A stretch of 33,923 bases of DNA, taken from the IMG/VR virus record IMGVR_UViG_3300045988_110183. One strand, given 5' to 3'. This stretch comes from a virus. A program made the translations under genes and the position numbers. Below, one piece after another: positions 31,978 through 33,923 of this stretch. The stretch's first letter is position 1, and each line of letters starts with the position of its first letter. The notes beneath the pieces were generated by a model, which saw nothing but the letters and a program-made list of their open reading frames with translations, was not told the DNA's origin and did not search any database.

Positions 31978-32095
31978 GCTTTTCAATCCTCCTGTGTTTT
32001 TCTTATCCGCCGGGGCTTCATGCGGCTTTGGCGGCTCATATAGTGCCGGTCTTTCCCGGCTGTCAGCTATGAGGAGGTAAAGAGAGAAAAGGGGC

Positions 32096-32150
32096 AGCGG
32101 GCCGTCAGAATCGAACTGACCGATGCTGTGAAATCTGCGCCAGCGCCCGC
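32096..32150 (-). ncRNA. tRNA-like acceptor/T-arm minihelix element 2 (not a complete tRNA)
   Basis: Minus strand: GCGGGCG-23 nt-GTCAG TTCGATT CTGAC-GGCCCGC-T-GCC. Perfect 5-bp T-stem, T-loop consensus and a 6-bp acceptor-like stem. Confidence 0.35.
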
Positions 32151-32350
32151 ATATATACCCAGCGGGCACGAACAGGCTTGCCCGCCGGGGCGGATAGGGG
32201 CAACGCCCCTTTAGGTGTCCGACACCTCCGTGCGGCAGATAGCGGCCCGCACGGTGCCCGGTCAGCCGTTTGCACCCCTTTCTGTAAGTTGCTTTCGGCT
32301 GCTGGCAGCGGTCAGTTCTGCGCCGATACCACCAAACGCGCATAGGGTTG

Positions 32351-33120
32351 TTATAGTAGGCACAGCTGTTCACCGGCGCTTTCTGCCGCTGCCTGCCGGA
32401 ATAGGCTTTGCTGTGCGGCGTATGCGTCAAAATCGGCGCAGCCCTTGGCATAGTATTCCGGGTCAACTTCAAACCCGATGAAATCCAGCCCCGCATCATA
32501 GGCGGCCTTGCGGCTGTTGCCGCTGCCGAGGTGGGTATCAAGGATTTTATCGCCGGGGTGACAGAACAGGCGGAAAATCCAGTCGTACAGACCGATGGGC
32601 TTTTCCGTGGGGTGCCAGTGCTTTGCGCCTTTACTGCGGGTGCTGGAAAGTGAAATCAGCTTTGCGTTTTCGTTTAAGCTGCACCACGCAAATTCACATT
32701 GCGCCATGGTAAAGTCGGTCGGTATGTTGGGCTTGTTCCAGATCAGGAAACACCGGCAGGGTGGCAGGTCAAAGTAATTGCCGCCCCAGATGATTTGTTG
32801 CTTGGAAACGCGAAACAATTCATCAAAGTATTCCGGGCGTGGCGCGTTGTCCCACGCTATGATTTTTTTGCCGTATTTCGCCGCCCATGCGCCGCCAGTT
32901 CGGGTAATGCTATACCCCCCCCCGCAAGGTTCTGAACCGCCGGGGCAGTAGAACGGTAACGATCAAACCGCCCACCAAAGCGGGTTTTATCGGAGCATTT
33001 GAACACGTTGCCCGCGCCTCCATATGGCGGGTCAACCACGGCAAGGTCAAAATAGCCATCGGGAAACTGCGCCATGCCCTGCATACAGTCAATGTTGTAG
33101 GAGTGGTTTAATTCAAGCAT
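32351..33120 (-). pseudogene. N6-adenine/N4-cytosine DNA methyltransferase (beta-class, DPPY), split by a frameshift in a G9 tract
   Basis: The N-terminal part (MLELNHSYNIDCMQGMAQFPDGYFDLAVVDPPYG) is in one frame. The C-terminal part (...TGGAWAAKYGKKIIAWDNAPRPEYFDELFRVSKQQIIWGGNYF...HPTEKP...LDTHLGSGNS) is reached only with one extra G at 32915-32923. Confidence 0.8.
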
Positions 33121-33583
33121 CAGGCGATACCCGGTGCGCATATCGGCAGACAGTTTCGGAAACGTAAGCCAAAATGCCGATTCGGTCATGCTCATCAATC
33201 GGTAAATCGACTTTATCACCGGCTGCAAACTTGATTTGAACCGAACTATTGCGCCCAGCGCAAGTGCTGTCTGCGTTCGTGCGCAGGAAGTAGTTGACTT
33301 CTGCAACCAGCGGGCAGCTGATTTTCAGCATTTCCGCAAGGCTGCGCATATAGTTTTCCGTCGGCGGTAAGCCGTAGCGCATTGCCCGGACAGCTTCAAG
33401 GGAGGTCGGGGGCAGTATTTGCGCTGCGCGATCAAGGCGGTTAAGGGTACGATCAAGCAGTTCATTCACCGCCGTTACATGGGCGAAAAGATCGTTCAAT
33501 TTCGCGTGGGCATCGTCGGTGTCCAACTGAATTTCGATTTCAATGCCGGAGCTTTTGGTGTTCTTTGTTTCAACAGGTGTCAT
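33113..33583 (-). CDS. Hypothetical early protein (156 aa)
   Basis: Coupled to the flanking genes by overlapping start/stop codons. No domain recognised. Confidence 0.55.
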   Translation of the reverse strand: MTPVETKNTKSSGIEIEIQLDTDDAHAKLNDLFAHVTAVNELLDRTLNRLDRAAQILPPTSLEAVRAMRYGLPPTENYMRSLAEMLKISCPLVAEVNYFLRTNADSTCAGRNSSVQIKFAAGDKVDLPIDEHDRIGILAYVSETVCRYAHRVSPDA

Positions 33584-33843
33584 TTTGTCGCGTCCTTTCT
33601 ATCCGCCGGGGTTCGCCCACGGCGTTTGATATTCTGATTGGTGGTTTGCTGGGCTTTCTCGGCGCTGTAAACTTTGCGCCCGCCGGGATAACGCTTGCCG
33701 GTATAGCCGCGCGGCAATTCTCGGTAGATTGTCGCCAGCGATACCCCTACAACCCCGGCAATGCTGGACGGTGTGATTCCGTGCGCATATAGCTTTTCAA
33801 TAAGTAGGCGGTCGTTGTGGGTAAGGTATCTATATTCGCGCAC
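33580..33843 (-). CDS. Stand-alone IS30-type HTH (HTH_38-like) protein, a paralogue of the transposase N-terminus (87 aa from GTG 33843)
   Basis: YLTHNDRLLIEKLYAHGITPSSIAGVVGVSLATIYRELPRG aligns with transposase residues HLTRTDRLRIEKCLNEGYTYRQIADVLRVHISTVYREIERG. GAGGTG lies 5 nt before the GTG. Confidence 0.65.
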   Translation of the reverse strand: MREYRYLTHNDRLLIEKLYAHGITPSSIAGVVGVSLATIYRELPRGYTGKRYPGGRKVYSAEKAQQTTNQNIKRRGRTPADRKDATK

Positions 33844-33868
33844 TTCCGCACCTCGCTTTCGGTAAAAA

Positions 33869-33923
33869 AATAATGCGAAAAAGGTGTAAAACCTCTTTCG
33901 CATTTAATACTAATATTTTCATA
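33869..33923. repeat. 55-bp exact terminal direct repeat, copy 2 (identical to 1-55)
   Basis: Base-for-base identity with the window start. Confidence 0.9.

Noticed and set aside
31978-32541. N-terminal 188 aa of the 304-aa ORF 31627..32541.
   Set aside because: The extension crosses a structured intergenic region and overlaps the methyltransferase 3' end. Its translation is Arg/Pro-rich junk. A good AGGAGG-ATG start exists at 31977.
1-33923. Search for CRISPR arrays, rRNA genes, tyrosine/serine integrases and toxin-antitoxin pairs.
   Set aside because: I saw no regularly spaced direct repeats, no rRNA-like conserved blocks, and no ORF with R..HxxR..Y or serine-recombinase motifs. The absence of an integrase is used as context for the IS30 finding, but it needs confirmation by profile search.

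Overview
The window begins and ends with the same 55 bp (1-55 = 33869-33923). I read this as an assembly overlap from a closed circular molecule of about 33,868 bp. The content is a complete temperate siphovirus-like phage, or phage-plasmid, of a Gram-positive host, probably Clostridia-like: GGAGG-type ribosome-binding sites (SDs), an r1t-type holin, a phi13-type major tail protein and a TP901-type tape measure. Nearly all genes are on the minus strand.

Gene order along the minus strand around the circle:
- Switch region (about 1540-1726), followed by two micro-ORFs and an IS30-family DDE transposase (92-1141).
- A promoter/hairpin region that spans the artificial contig junction.
- An early operon (33843 down to about 22170): an HTH paralogue of the transposase N-terminus, a frameshifted N6/N4 DNA methyltransferase, a DnaD-like replisome organiser, VRR-NUC, a PAPS-reductase (IbrA-like) protein, ParA, small Cys-rich proteins, a ParB-like protein, a C5-methyltransferase-like fragment, ASCH and an HNH gene carrying an in-frame TGA.
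- A late regulator, then HNH/TerS/TerL/portal/ClpP protease/HK97 capsid/connectors.
- Major tail protein, G/G-T chaperones with a -1 frameshift, tape measure, Dit and tail/fibre proteins.
- A complete diversity-generating retroelement (target-VR, Avd, TR, RT; 3447-6251).
- An M23 endolysin and holin.

Only two credible genes are on the plus strand: a small XRE repressor-like gene (1727-1948) and a zinc-ribbon/DEDDh exonuclease moron (14068-14967) inserted antisense in the head-tail joining module.

Observations worth a second look:
- The DGR, with 13 of 13 adenine-specific TR/VR mismatches.
- No Tyr or Ser integrase; an IS30-type DDE transposase sits at the head of the early operon.
- ParA/ParB-like genes plus two copies of a parS-like palindrome.
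- Two paralogous tRNA-like acceptor/T-arm minihelix elements.
- A strand-exclusive over-represented 9-mer, CCCCGGCGG on the minus strand.
- Four 9-10 nt G/C homopolymer tracts, one of which breaks a methyltransferase gene.
- Repeated AATGCGAAA boxes at two promoters.

No rRNA, canonical tRNA or CRISPR array was seen. All function calls rest on motif recognition by eye. No database search was run.
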